A stretch of DNA of 64,000 bases from Selaginella moellendorffii (Eukaryota > Plantae > Lycopodiophyta), in the NCBI RefSeq assembly GCF_000143415.4, contig NW_003314341.1:770394-834393 (forward strand), given 5' to 3'. Shown here piece after piece: positions 13,760 to 27,533 of this stretch. Numbering within the stretch: position 1 is the first letter of the stretch; each line of letters starts with the position of its first letter. Under the pieces are notes generated by a model, which saw only the letters and a program-made list of their open reading frames with translations, was not told the DNA's origin and ran no database searches. Position numbers and translations under genes: made by a program.

Positions 13760-15185
13760 CTCCTCAGCTGACTGTGTACGAACCTTTGCAGTATAAGTGA
13801 AGTGAACGCGTCAATCTAAGTTTTCAGACTGTAGAACAACACAAGAGGTGCTGTGGAACTCGTGTCCAACCCATCAATCATTTTCATGGATGAGCCAACG
13901 CCAGGATTGGATGCTCGCGCAGTCACGAGGACGGTCCGCAATATTGTTGATACTGGACGAACTGTCGTTTGCACAACAAGCATAGACATCTTCGAAGCAT
14001 TTGACGAGGTAAACTGCCTTGAACTTGACATTGGAAATTGCCTTCTCAGATTTGTTGATGAACGAGGTGCCGCATAATCTACATGGGCCGCTTGGAAAGG
14101 ACTCACAACTTCTAATTGATTTCTTTATGGTACGTGAGCCGTGATATTTTGCCTAACGTTGGCATTGTTTGTATAGGCGATCAAAGATGGCTATAACCCT
14201 GTAACATGGATGCTTGAAGTAACTAGTCCAGCCGTCTTCAAAAGGATTTTGGTGACATCTATGTTGCGTCAAATCTGCACATGTTCGGTTTTATTCGCAG
14301 GTGTATTTTGTTCACTTGCAATACTGTTTTTGACGTAGTGAAATCCAAAGGCTGATACGAGAATTGAGTGTGCCCGCATCTGGTTTACAGTTCCGATAGA
14401 GTATTCGCAAGATTCACTATAAGGACTGCATTTGGAAGCAGAACTTGACGTATTCCAAACTGCAATGCCCTTCGGTTTCCAGTTTTCTGGGGAGTAGGAA
14501 GCAAAAGGTACAATGCTTTCACAAGTTTGACACTTGGGAAACCAGCAAAATTTGTTCAGTCTAATGGGAGTTATGTATTCTTTTCCTTGGTGTCAACAAT
14601 GCATCCAGCGTTCAACCCGTTGTGGCTATCGAGCGCACTGTTTTCTATCGTGAGCGGGGAGCTGGAATTTACTCGCCTCTCCCTTATGCTCCCATTATGT
14701 TTATTCTGCTAGTTGATACGAAGGCCCCATCTTACCTATGGAGTCATCCAGATAAACTACCTAGTTATTCTTTCTTTTAATTTTCTTACTCAATCGTTAC
14801 TCTCTTGCATACATTTTCTTCATGTTCTTGACCTTCACTTACTGCATGCTCTTACTCCCACTCAACAGATACCTGTGGTGCTTTCATCTGGATTTTATTC
14901 TAGGTGGAATCTTTTCGGGATTTGTAATAGTTTCTCCAGTCCTTTTTCCTTGTACTGCATCAAATCAAATCGCTGCAACTCTCGCAGATCATGCCTTCTT
15001 GGTGGAGCTGGTACTATCGAATAAGTCCAGTTGCCTGGACCCTGAGCTCGGAGACGTGAAGCAAGTCATGACTGCTCAAGGCTATGGCTCCCTGTCGACG
15101 TTTTCCTCCGCTTCAGGCATGACTGGCTGGGCTGTGCTAACAGTCTTTGGTTTGCATTTGCTTATTTAACTTCCAGAAACGCTAA
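13760..15185 (+). pseudogene. PDR/ABCG transporter pseudogene, C-terminal half
   Basis: [23 protein letters not shown](P)[65 protein letters not shown] and the terminal NFQKR*. The IHQP motif is deleted and there are frameshifts. Confidence 0.88.
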
Positions 15186-15260
15186 GCTTGGGTATGTTAG
15201 AAGAGCCTTCTATTGATCCCAAATCTTATTTACACTTCGCATGTATAGCAAAACTGGCCG

Positions 15261-16874
15261 TCACACGGCCTGATGAAGAAGCCTACTGCTCACCCCGGCC
15301 CTGTAGAGCTGCAACGCATCCTGCACAGGATGTTCTCCATCGCCATAGCTTTCCTCCACGTCCATCACCGCGGACACCTCCAGCTCCGTGCCAGCGACGA
15401 GCATGAAGATATTCCCCCGCACCAGCCCCGCGATGATGCTGTTGGCCTCGTCCTCTTTCCCGACCCGGCTCAACACTCCCATACCTCTGTAGACGAGAAA
15501 GATCGATGGCCCGCACGGTGATGAGATCTTGGCCGTGCCACCCACCGGAACGCATATGTGGTCCACCTCAAACTCATCCGATGGTGGCGAGTAGCGTCGG
15601 GTGAAGGGGTTGACGTAGCAACCGTCTAGAATCTGTGGCGGACCCTGTACGTTACGAGAGAGATGCGTCACCAAACTGATATCTCAAACAGTAAAGAAAT
15701 AAAGGGGAGACTGTTTTACTTGCCTGATTGTAACTGAGCATGGAGCAGAGAGTTTGCGTGTCCCGAAACTTTGGCGTCAGGCCGGCCCGGACCACGTTGT
15801 CGGAGGTGGCCATGCATTCCACGCACTCGCCGTAGAGGTAAGCGTGTGGCTCGTTCGCGTCGAGGAACACGGCCTGGCCGGCCTCCAAGTTGGTGTAGTT
15901 TAGAAAGAAGGCGGACAGGACACCGACGTCGCCCGGGTACTGCTTCTCCAGGCTCACGACCAGCTCCTCTTTGGGGCTCAGCCCTCCAGCAGCCTGATTG
16001 CAAGCAAGAAACGATGAGAAACAACGACTACGAAAACGAAGAGAGCCGGAGGGACCTTGGACTTGCGCTTGAGACGGTCAATGAGGTTGGAGAGGGTGTG
16101 CGTCACAACGCTCTCGTCCAGTGTCATGAGGCACGTAAATGCTCTCCGCAACACGTCCTTGGCGCTCTGGCCGCAGCCGCTACGAATGACGCTCTCCACC
16201 ACCAGCGGTCCCAACGCGTCGCGCAGCTCGGGGACGGATTCCAGCGCCGCCTGGAGCTCCTGAAAAGCATGGCGATCGTGTGTGAGATCCATTCTCCTCC
16301 AGTTTTCTCGCGAGCTCGTTTACCTGTGAAGTCACGAATCCACACAAGGCACCGAAGCGCGTGAGAGCCAAGGCCAGCTCCGGCTTGTGGTTTGCATCCT
16401 TGTACACTTGAGGGTTCTTGCCATGCAAATACTCGGCCAGCTTCTTGTCTGGGTGCGCTTGGATGGACAGCGCCTTGGCCACCGACAACACCTGGACGAA
16501 GAAAGAGATCGAGTGAGCGAGCGAGCGAGCGAGCGAGAGACACCGACCTTGAAGAGAAAAGGCAAATCTCCATTCCAGCGCTCCAGGACGCGATCGCCCA
16601 GCGCCTCGGGGTGGCGCTGGAGCCAATCCTTGAGTAGAATTTGGCCGGCACCACCCCGGCGCAGCACCGTCGACGGCCCCGACGCGTGCGTTCCCATCCA
16701 CAGCTCCGCGTAGGGCACATCCGCGTCCACCGCGCTGCCGGTCATGAGCGCGTGAAGCCGACCCACCTCGCTCTCCTCGCCAATTCGCCCCCACTCGTAG
16801 TGCTGGACCTGGCACTGGAGCCGGATCATGCCGCCATGCGCTCCTCCACCTCCTCCGCCTTCCTCCATCGCCAT
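15261..16874 (-). CDS. PMI: Mannose-6-phosphate isomerase (type I PMI)
   Basis: [79 protein letters not shown]. Confidence 0.95.
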
Positions 16875-17254
16875 GACGCGAGAGAGAGAGAGAGATCAAA
16901 TCTAAAGGAAAAGCCTAAATTTCTTCCCCGGGTAGGGAAAAATTTAAAGGGTGGCCCTTATAAAGTGAACTTGACATAGTTTTGATTAAAATCGTTAGGC
17001 CTTTTTTAGGTGCAACGCAACCATAGCTGCAAGCCGCATTTCAACAACGACCACATGCCCAACAAACCATACGAAAACAATATATTTATCTATTCCAATC
17101 TTTTGGCCAATTGATTGCGACACAAAGGCAGTAGCAGCCCGAGTTTACATGGTCCTGATTGCTACTTACGTGGTGCCTTTCTCGGCCAGGGACAGCCCGC
17201 CCGCCACGAGCTTAGATTACCAAAAGGTGGCAAGCAAACACAGCACAGTGCTGC

Positions 17255-19535
<2,281 letters not shown>

Positions 19536-19755
19536 GTCTATCAACGAGTGATCGAATTGCTACCACAATAATCGTTGGTCCATTATATATATACGCATCG
19601 TTTCGGATGAGATCAAAATCTATTATTTTGGTTTGCTCCCCCCTTTAGCGATTTGCCTTTGAGGATGGCTGGAATCGAACGCGGAGTTGAAATTCTTACG
19701 CGCATAGGAATAGGAATCGAACCCTGGCCGACCACTCTCGCCATTCTAGGTCACA

Positions 19756-20654
19756 ATGGCGGGGAGCGAGGAAAGCAACCAGGCATCCCGCTACGTGAAG
19801 CTGGTCAAGGAGCAGGATGGACCCATGGAAGAGATCCTCGAGGGCGAGCTCAATCAGCCGGTTGTTGTCCCGCAGGTGAATTGCAGCTCCAGATCTGCTT
19901 GTCTTTCCACAGATCTCAAGTGGTTGTTCGATTTCCTTCCAGCTGCTCGTTCACCGTTGCCGCGAATGCGGCCAACCGCTACCCGAGAGCTACGAGCCGC
20001 CAGCGAACGAGCCGTGGACGACAGGGATCTGCGGCTGCGCCGACGACACAGACACTTGTAAGCCGATCCATCCCATCGGACGTCCACTCCGATTTCGATC
20101 TCAGATCAGACTTGTTGTTGAAAGCTTCGCGGCTGCAGGTTGCTTGGGCCTCTTCTGCCCGTGCGTGCTCTTCGGGCGCAACGTTGAGCGCATGAAAGAC
20201 AACGTGCCGTGGACAACGCCGTGCACTTGTCACGCCATCTTTGTCGAGGGCGGGATTGCTCTGGCGCTGGGCACGGCGGCGTTCCACGGGATCAACCCCC
20301 GGGCCGCCTTCCTCGTCGGCGAGGCTCTCCTCTTCCTCTGGTGGATGTGCGGCATCTACACGGGCCTCTTCCGCCAAGAGCTCCAGAAGAAATACCACCT
20401 CCAGGTAAATACCCCCAAGTCTTTGTTTGGAGGCTCAGGTTCTTGTCTGGGATGCGCTTGGGTTTGTGTAGGATTCACCCTGCGATCCTTGCATGGTGCA
20501 CTGCTGCATGCACTGGTGTGCTTTGTGCCAGGAGCACCGAGAAATGCACAGCCGCCTCTCGGACGATGTCGCCATGCCAATGACGCTCGTCAATCCACCG
20601 GCGCAGCAGCTCATGAACGCTTCCTCCGCCGCAGAGATCAAAGCTCAAGAGTGA
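19756..20654 (+). CDS. PLAC8 family / cell number regulator (CNR6-like)
   Basis: SRYVKL, EGELNQPVVVPQ, GLFCPCVLFGRNVE, YTGLFRQELQKKYHL, PCDPCMVHCCMHWCALCQEHREM. Confidence 0.9.
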
Positions 20655-20815
20655 GTGAGAGAGATGTTTAGGCTAGAGTTTTGAAGCCTTGAGCAACGAG
20701 CAACCAGCAGCGATTGCATTGTTAGCGTCAACTTTGTGTCACGGGCAATCTTATATGTTCAAGTCTTTCTTGTACAAGGAGGAGAAGAAAACAATCGAGA
20801 CGCAAGAAATAAATG

Positions 20816-21151
20816 TCATGCCTGTACAAAGATCGTCCTCGTCGACGTTTGCTTGGATGTTTGCTTGGAAGCTGTCGCGCTGCCGCTGAGGCTTGCGGCG
20901 CCAAATTGGCTCGCGGGCGTGGTGATCGTGATGGTGGAGAAGCGCTGCAAGCAAAGGGGGCAAAGGCACTCCCGACTGGACCATGCCCTAATGCACTGGA
21001 AGCAGAAAAAGTGGTCGCAGCAGTCGAGCTTCCCCCGCCCCGCGTCGGGCGTCTCCTCCAGGCAGATGCCGCACTCCATCTCCTCCTCCTCCTCCTCCTC
21101 GCCGCCGCTGCCGCCGCTGCCGCCGCGCTTCCTCTTGGGCTTTTTCTTCAT
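20816..21151 (-). CDS. Small C3HC4 RING-finger protein (copy 1 of a tandem triplet)
   Basis: MKKKPKRKR (NLS-like), then CGICLEE..RGKLDCCDHFFCFQCIRAWSSRECLCPLC. Intronless. Confidence 0.75.
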   Translation of the reverse strand: MKKKPKRKRGGSGGSGGEEEEEEEMECGICLEETPDAGRGKLDCCDHFFCFQCIRAWSSRECLCPLCLQRFSTITITTPASQFGAASLSGSATASKQTSKQTSTRTIFVQA

Positions 21152-21200
21152 CGCCACACAAAACACACACACAGACCTAATCATGGCGCTAGAAAAGCAG

Positions 21201-21356
21201 TGATGTAGCAGCGGAGCGTGCACAACAGAGGAGCCCGGGGCGTCGCCAATGGAGAGAGTAAGCATTTCAGCCCGGGCACCTCAGGCTGCAATCCCAATGT
21301 TGGTGGGCTTTCCATGTCCAGGAACAATGTTGTGTGTTCCCGACACCCAACCCACC
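21201..21356 (-). ncRNA. Putative two-hairpin H/ACA-like RNA, copy 1
   Basis: Hairpin 1 is GGTGGG..TGTCGGGAACA/TGTTCCTGGACA..CCCACC. Hairpin 2 is GCAGC..AGGTGCCCG/CGGGCTCCT..GCTGC, followed by T-ACA. Three copies are present. No perfect ANANNA H box. Confidence 0.45.
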
Positions 21357-21543
21357 CCGGCGCCCTACACGCCGGCCCCAACGTTGCTTTTAAAGGGGCA
21401 TCCGGCCACTCGTGGCTGGACATGTGTCAACTTTGGGGGATTGGTGGAGGACAATCTGGTTTAAGATATGGGACAAGTGCGGCCAAAAGTTCCCGCAATC
21501 TAGTAGTAGCCTAGGGTTCTTCGTGTATATGCGGTCGCCGCTA

Positions 21544-22032
21544 TCACAGGAAGGATTTTACTTGGTTCCGAGGTAATGCTGGAGTCTTGGATCGAGATCG
21601 CGGGCAGCTGCTGGATCTCAAGTGCTCCTCAAGCGCCGGAACACGGGCGCCATCCTCGTGGATTCTTCGCTTCGTGGGGGCTGGAAACGCCGGGCGACCT
21701 TCGAGCTCCTCACGGCTAGAGCCCGATGCTCGAGAGTCGGCAATGTTCTTTTCCACGGGCTTTGGCTTCACTTGAGACGGTGTGGATCAAGTGCTCTCCA
21801 AACGAATTAACTTTCGGGCTTCTCGCAAAGCCACCCATGACGCCGAGAGCGTGTTCAAGGCTATGGATGAGTCTCGGACGCCTTGCTTCTCACGGCTCAT
21901 GAGTCAAGGCTCGAGAGCGGCGGGTGGAAACGTGCGATCGCTTGTCCAAGGCAGCCAGGCGGACGAGAGATTGTCCTCGGAGCTTGCTCTGCCACTGTGG
22001 CTTGCTGTCCCCATGGCTGTGAGCCTCTTCAT
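21544..22032 (-). pseudogene. Diverged copy 2 of the RING unit (RING domain deleted)
   Basis: Shares the start context (GTGTGGCGATGAAG) and post-RING sequence with copy 1, but has no Cys/His RING motif and stops early. Confidence 0.5.
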
Positions 22033-22062
22033 CGCCACACAAAACACCCTAAAGCAGAAAGG

Positions 22063-22210
22063 AAATGTAGCAGGATGCGAAGGAGCCCGGGGCGTCGCCA
22101 ATGGAAAATAAGCATTTCAGCCGCGGGCACCTCAGCCTGCAATCTCAATCTTGGTGGGGGTTTTCTAATGTCCAAGAACAAGCGTGTGTTCCCGACATGG
22201 CGTCACCACC
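22063..22210 (-). ncRNA. Putative two-hairpin H/ACA-like RNA, copy 2
   Basis: Same stems as copy 1. The lower stem of hairpin 2 is GCAGG/CCTGC (compensatory versus GCAGC/GCTGC) and ends in T-ACA-TTT. Confidence 0.45.
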
Positions 22211-22407
22211 GCGGCACCAAAACTAAAAAGCTACAAGCGATAAATGGCTACCCCGACGCTGCTCAATTAAAACTGGGCATCCAGCCACTTGACATGTCTA
22301 ATTTAGGGGAGTGGTGGAGGTCTACTGAACAAGCGCGGGAAAGCAAAGCACCCACAAAATCCCCTACAGGTCGTAGCCTATAGGTCTCTCCCTTCTCTCT
22401 CCTATTG

Positions 22408-22790
22408 TCAAGTTCTCTCGGCGCTTGTACTGAAGGGACATTTCGCGCTGCACACTGTGGGGGACGTTGGATCCACGATCACAAGACGACCGGCACAGCG
22501 GCAAGAGAAATTCCAGTCTATGAGTCGGCTGGCCAGAGCTTTCAAGCCCAACATTGCTCGAGGCGGAGCAGTGAGTTCACAGATCATCCATGGCCACTGC
22601 AAGTATAGCAACGGAGAAGCCTTGTCCCTGCTCACCAGACGGCAAGGCTGGGGCGGTGTCCGTGCAAAGATTGTTCTTGAAGCCGTTGCGCTCCAAGATG
22701 TGACCGTGGAAAAGCAAAAGGGGCAAGGGGATTCCCATTCCCTAATGCACCGGAAGCAGTCGCTTCCTTCGCCACTCAAAACACACTCGA
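22408..22790 (-). pseudogene. Degenerate copy 3 of the RING unit
   Basis: Half-RING remnant CFRCIREWESPCPFCFSTVT..ATASRTIF, colinear with copy 1. The N-terminal half is missing. Confidence 0.55.
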
Positions 22791-22799
22791 GTAAGAAGG

Positions 22800-22951
22800 A
22801 AATGTAGCAGCATGGCATGGATAGGAGCCCGGGGCGTCGCCAATGGAAAATAAGCATTTCTGCCACGGGCACCTCAGCCTGCAATCTCACTCTTGGTGGG
22901 AGTTGGATGTCCAAGAACAAGTGTACGTTCCCAACACCGCCACACACCACC
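22800..22951 (-). ncRNA. Putative two-hairpin H/ACA-like RNA, copy 3
   Basis: Conserved core GATTGCAGGCTGAGGTGCCCG..GAAATGCTTATTTTCCATTGGCGACGCCCCGGGCTCCT..CTGCTACATTT. Confidence 0.4.
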
Positions 22952-23195
22952 GCGGCACTAAAACTAGAAACCTAGAAGTAAAAATTGCTACCCGACGCTG
23001 ATTATAAGAGGGCATCCAGCCACTGGTGGCAGGACACGTGTGCAATTTTGTGGACGAGCGAAAGAGGACAAATCTAGTCCGGTCCGTCCGAGGGACTGCC
23101 TTTGCTCCAGTGCTATAGTACTTGAGAGAAATAAGCATGTCAAGAGCTCGACAATGGCTCTTAAGGAGTGCGGCTTGGCGTTTTGGGCCGACTCC

Positions 23196-25567
23196 ATGGC
23201 CTCCCGTAATGGCGCCGGCAGATTTGTGAGAGACGAGTCCGCCGCTTTGAAGGTGCTGATTGATTGTATTTGTTTTTGTTGTCATGTGTGAAAGTTCCAT
23301 CGAATTCTGCGTATCTATATAGGAGGTTTGCAGCGAGCACGAGGACGCAAGCGAAGGGCGCGTGGTGGAATCGCTGAGCCATATTGGTGTGGAGAACAAA
23401 TGGTGCCTCTTTGTTCCCACTGGCTCGTTTCCTCCCGCTCGGGCAAAGGTAGGTTGCAGCCTTGCAGATTTTCTCAACAAGGTGTGTTTTGTGTGCACAG
23501 CATGCTGCCTTGTCCGTGGGACGTAGAATGTTCGTGCTGGGTGGCGTCTCGGCTGGCGGCATCCTCGATGATGTTCAGGTCTTGTTTAGTATCTTCTTAA
23601 GACGAGATGATCTGAATCCTAAGCTTGCACAGGTGTTTCACGCTGAGAGGGGTGTTTGGCTTCAGCTCGGCTGTGGATCTGTACCTTCACTCTACAGTCC
23701 ATCCAGATCTATACCCGTCGATGCTCGAGGGCCCCGTTGTGTTGGTCACTGCTTGGTAATGTTTCAAGTTCTAGAAGAGATTGAAAGCTGGCACTTATCA
23801 ATCAAGCTGCCAGGCGTTCTGGGAGACTAAACTTCTTGTAATTGGTGGACGGATCGAGCCGAAGTCAAAGAAACTTAGAGGTAACTTGTCCCTCAACCTT
23901 GTTCCGATTGATAACACACCTGTCCTGTTTTAGCTTTCGCTCTGGACTTGGAGTCGCAATCCTGGTCCGTACTTGCTCCCGAAGGAGAAGTTCCAGTAAC
24001 TTACTTTAAGATTTCCTTTGAAGGGCTGGGTCCAATTTACTGAAAAATATTTTTGTGTGCTCAGGTAGCACGCACGGGGCAGAGTGTAGTCCAAGTAGGC
24101 TCCTCGTTGATCATATTTGGTGGTGAGGACAGCAAGGGGCAGATGCTGAATGACTTGCATATACTAAACCTTAAGACGCTAGTCTGGCGTCCACCCAAGA
24201 CCAGGCAAGCATCGTTGATGATGAGAGAGTGCTTTCCATTCGTCTAACATAAGCGAGCATCTCGCAGTGGCTCAAAGCCTTCTCCTCGGAGAGGTCACTC
24301 TGCAGTTTGTTATAACGAACGATATATGCTAGTTTATGGAGGAAAGGCTCAGGGGAACTACTACAATGACATCTACGTTCTCGACTTGCAAAATGTGCAT
24401 TCAGTTTAGTTTACTCCAGTGCTTATGAAGATTTTGTCTTTCAGATGGAATGGAGCAAGGAGAAACCAAGAGGAACGGTGCCATCCCCTCGAGCAGGTCA
24501 TGCTGGAGTGATGGTTGGATCCAAGTGGTACATTGTTGGAGGTGAATACAAAGGAGGTGGTAAGTGTCATACTCTATACGTTTCAAATCCTTCTAAAATT
24601 CCCAAGGAATTGCCAGAGGTTTTAGAGACAATGGCATTCAACGTAGATTCCGGGAATTGGCAAACTGTGACTACTGTGCAGCCTGGTACTCCCCTTGCGA
24701 ACGACGTAGGCGCCTCACCCGGCTTTGAATATGATGCTTTAAACTTGCAATTTCGTGTGCTATGTAGGGCATTAGCCTCGTCAAGGTTCGCACCAAAGGA
24801 AAGGTCTTTTTGTTGGTGTTTGGAGGCCATGGTGCAATTCTAAGCAATCAGGTAAACGGATTGACCAAAATTCTTGTGCAAACGATAACGTCCGATTCAG
24901 ATCTTTGTCATGATGATCAGTAATAGCAGCAAAACTGTTCCTGTCGTGTCCAAGCGAGACGAGATCATCAAAGAGCTACATGACGACTTTTCCGCTTCTT
25001 CCTTGCCGTTCAGCTTTACAAGTGGCTCTTTGAATGCCAGAGGCTTGGATCAAAATCAACCACCACAGGGAGCAGACAATTCCGCTGTCGACGTAATTGA
25101 GGAGCTGGTTCGTGAATTTCCCGGTTTTGCTCCCAACCTTGTTTTTGTTGCATTACGTGCAGGAGTCCTCTGTGCCGAGTTTGTCCAGTGAAGGGGACAG
25201 TCTGTCCACGCGACCCGAGAACAAGCAGCAGCAACTCGAGCTGGCGGAGGCACTCACTCGAGCATTGACAGAGAAACAAGAGATTGAAAAGCGTTTGGAA
25301 GAAGCATTGATACTCGTAGAGGAGCTCAAATTAGAGAGGAAGGGGGCTTCTTCATTAAACGACCAGAGGAATACCATGGAAGAGGGCAGCGGCAGTAGCA
25401 AGGACAAGGACATTGATGAGGACGATTTGCAAGAACAGTTGCGAGAGTCACAACAGCAAATTGTGTTTGCAGTGAGGAAGCAAGCAGTGGCGGAGAGGAA
25501 GCTGTTGGGTGCCTTAAGAGAAAACAGAGAACTGAGAAAGAAACTGCTTCACCAGGTCCAGGTGTGA
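23196..25567 (+). CDS. Kelch-repeat plus coiled-coil protein (ACBP4/5-like kelch region; no ACB domain seen)
   Basis: HAALSVGRRMFVLGG, GPRCVGHCL, ARTGQSVVQVGSSLIIFGGED, PSPRRGHSA, PSPRAGHAGVMVGSKWYIVGG and a C-terminal coiled coil. Start codon uncertain. Confidence 0.8.
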
Positions 25568-25584
25568 AATGATGTGATAGTAGC

Positions 25585-26210
25585 ATTCCATTTATTTATT
25601 TATTTAAATTTAATATTTAAACTGAATTGATTGTTGAAAATGAAAATGAATTGATTGTTAATAGTAAACATTAAAATAATTTACAAAATACAGTAATGAT
25701 TTGTTTATTTATTTAAGGCTTTAATTAGTTAATAAAAATGTAGAAGTATTTGTAAAATTTAAAACTTAATTCAGAATGTGAACTAAAATTTTAAATTCAT
25801 AATATTAAAATAGAGAAAGTTAATAAGTAAAAATATAGTTTTATATATAAATGTAAATTCCACACTATTTTACAACTGATTGATAGTGAATAAATAGTAA
25901 TTTATCTATTTTTTATAATCTAATTAATTTACCTACAATTAATAAATTTATTATAACGTTTATTATTATGAAAAACAACAATTTAAAAGATATAAAATTA
26001 TTGTTATTATTATTACAAACTCATATCTTACATCAACTTTATATTTTAGAATTGATTTAAAGAAATCAGTTTTACTTTTGAAAGTGTGAATAAGGAAAAA
26101 ATAAACTAAAGCTAACTTGAACACAGAAATACAAGTATTTGTACCTTTATCGAAGACATAAATTAGAGAAAGGTTCTTTATTTTTATTTTTAAAAATGCT
26201 TAGTATACTC
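25585..26210. other. Extremely AT-rich intergenic island
   Basis: About 620 bp almost lacking G/C, with sharp boundaries against GC-balanced genes. Confidence 0.7.
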
Positions 26211-26232
26211 AAACCTAGGCTTCCTCTAGGTC

Positions 26233-27004
26233 ATGGAAGACGAGGTAGCCAAGAAAATCTATGGCACCAGCGTCGAGCGCTGCGAGAAGCTGGTGGCCAA
26301 CACCCTCAAGCGAAGTGAGTGAGTGGTCGTGTTTGTGGGTCTCCTCAGTTGCTGACTTGCCACAGATCCCACTGTCCATTTTCTGCGGGAGGCCCTGGAC
26401 AAGGCGGGCTGCAGCACCGGGAGCAACTTCTTCAAGGTGGAGGAATGCGAGCAAAAGGTCGCGGGCGGGTTCCAGTCCGATAAGGGTGTGGGTAGGCATC
26501 GCATCGTTGGTGACGCGGACACAAACGCGAGCGCTCCTCTCTTGTAGTGATTTGCAGCAACCGCGTCGGGTTTCAGCAGGAGGTAGACGCGATCTTGGCG
26601 CACGAACTCATCCATGCCTACGATCACTGCCGTGCCAGGAACTTGGACTGGACCAACTGCGAGCACCACGCTTGTAGCGAGGTGCGTACAACGTTTCTGT
26701 GCTGTTGCTAACTTGTGCTGGCGACCGTATATCTAGATTCGTGCTGCAAATCTTAGCGGCGACTGCCGCTTCAAACAGGAGTTCAACCGAGGAAACTTTG
26801 GGATCCAAAAGCATCAGCAGGCAAGCGTTGATTGAGAGTTGAGTTTCTCGGCTTCATGCTGCCATGCAGGTGTGCGTTAGGAGGAGGGCCAATCTGTCGG
26901 TGGCTATGAACCCACACTGCAGCAAAGCGGAGGCGGCATCAGCCGTGGATAGAGTGTGGAACACTTGTTACAGGGACACGCGACCATTCGAAAGAGCCCC
27001 GTGA
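26233..27004 (+). CDS. ATP23: Mitochondrial inner membrane protease ATP23 (peptidase M76)
   Basis: [37 protein letters not shown]|[34 protein letters not shown]. Confidence 0.93.
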
Positions 27005-27029
27005 GAAAATCCAAAACAAAGAGAGGAAT

Positions 27030-27360
27030 AACTTGAGCCACCTGAGCATCACACTGGAGCGTCTCCGACTATAGTTTTGTCAGCCACCATTGTTTCGTCC
27101 ATGGCACCAACTGGATGGCTTCCGAGACCTGTAAGTTTTTGCACCGAAACTTGGAAACAATCACCTTTTTAGTCGCTTCTGCCTCAGAGTATGGCGTCCA
27201 GTATTCCTGGATCCTGGCCACACTTGTTGCCAAGGCCTTCATGGATCTTAATCGTCTCAAGGCAACACGCTGCCTCGACCGCTGCCTCGCGAAACCTGCA
27301 TGGACAAGCTTTCATCCACGAATCGGTCTCTGCTTCATTTTCTCGCTGGAGTGGATTTAA
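27030..27360 (-). pseudogene. Partial degenerate duplicate of the CHMP7 3' region
   Basis: LRRLRSMKALA..ARIQE..SEAEATKKV..VSEAIQL is colinear with 28960-29410, with small deletions. Confidence 0.8.
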
Positions 27361-27533
27361 CGACTAGCTTCCTGCATATCTCATTAGGAATATCTTGTCC
27401 TTGCTGCTCTTTAAAACGTAGACTTGTGCAAAGCACATTGTGCGAATATACTGTACTGTGACTGGCGGGAGAATCAAGAGCGACCCTTGCGGGGAAAACC
27501 CTCGCAACATTTGTGGGTAAAACCCTTGTAGAA

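Noticed and set aside
21201-22951. TPP riboswitch, U1/U12 snRNA, RNase MRP or telomerase RNA as the identity of the triplicated element
   Set aside because: It lacks TPP motifs (CUGAGA, AACCUGA), an Sm site, MRP P4 and a telomeric template. The USE-like TCCCATATC near 21470 is too far from the TATA and is not clear in all copies.
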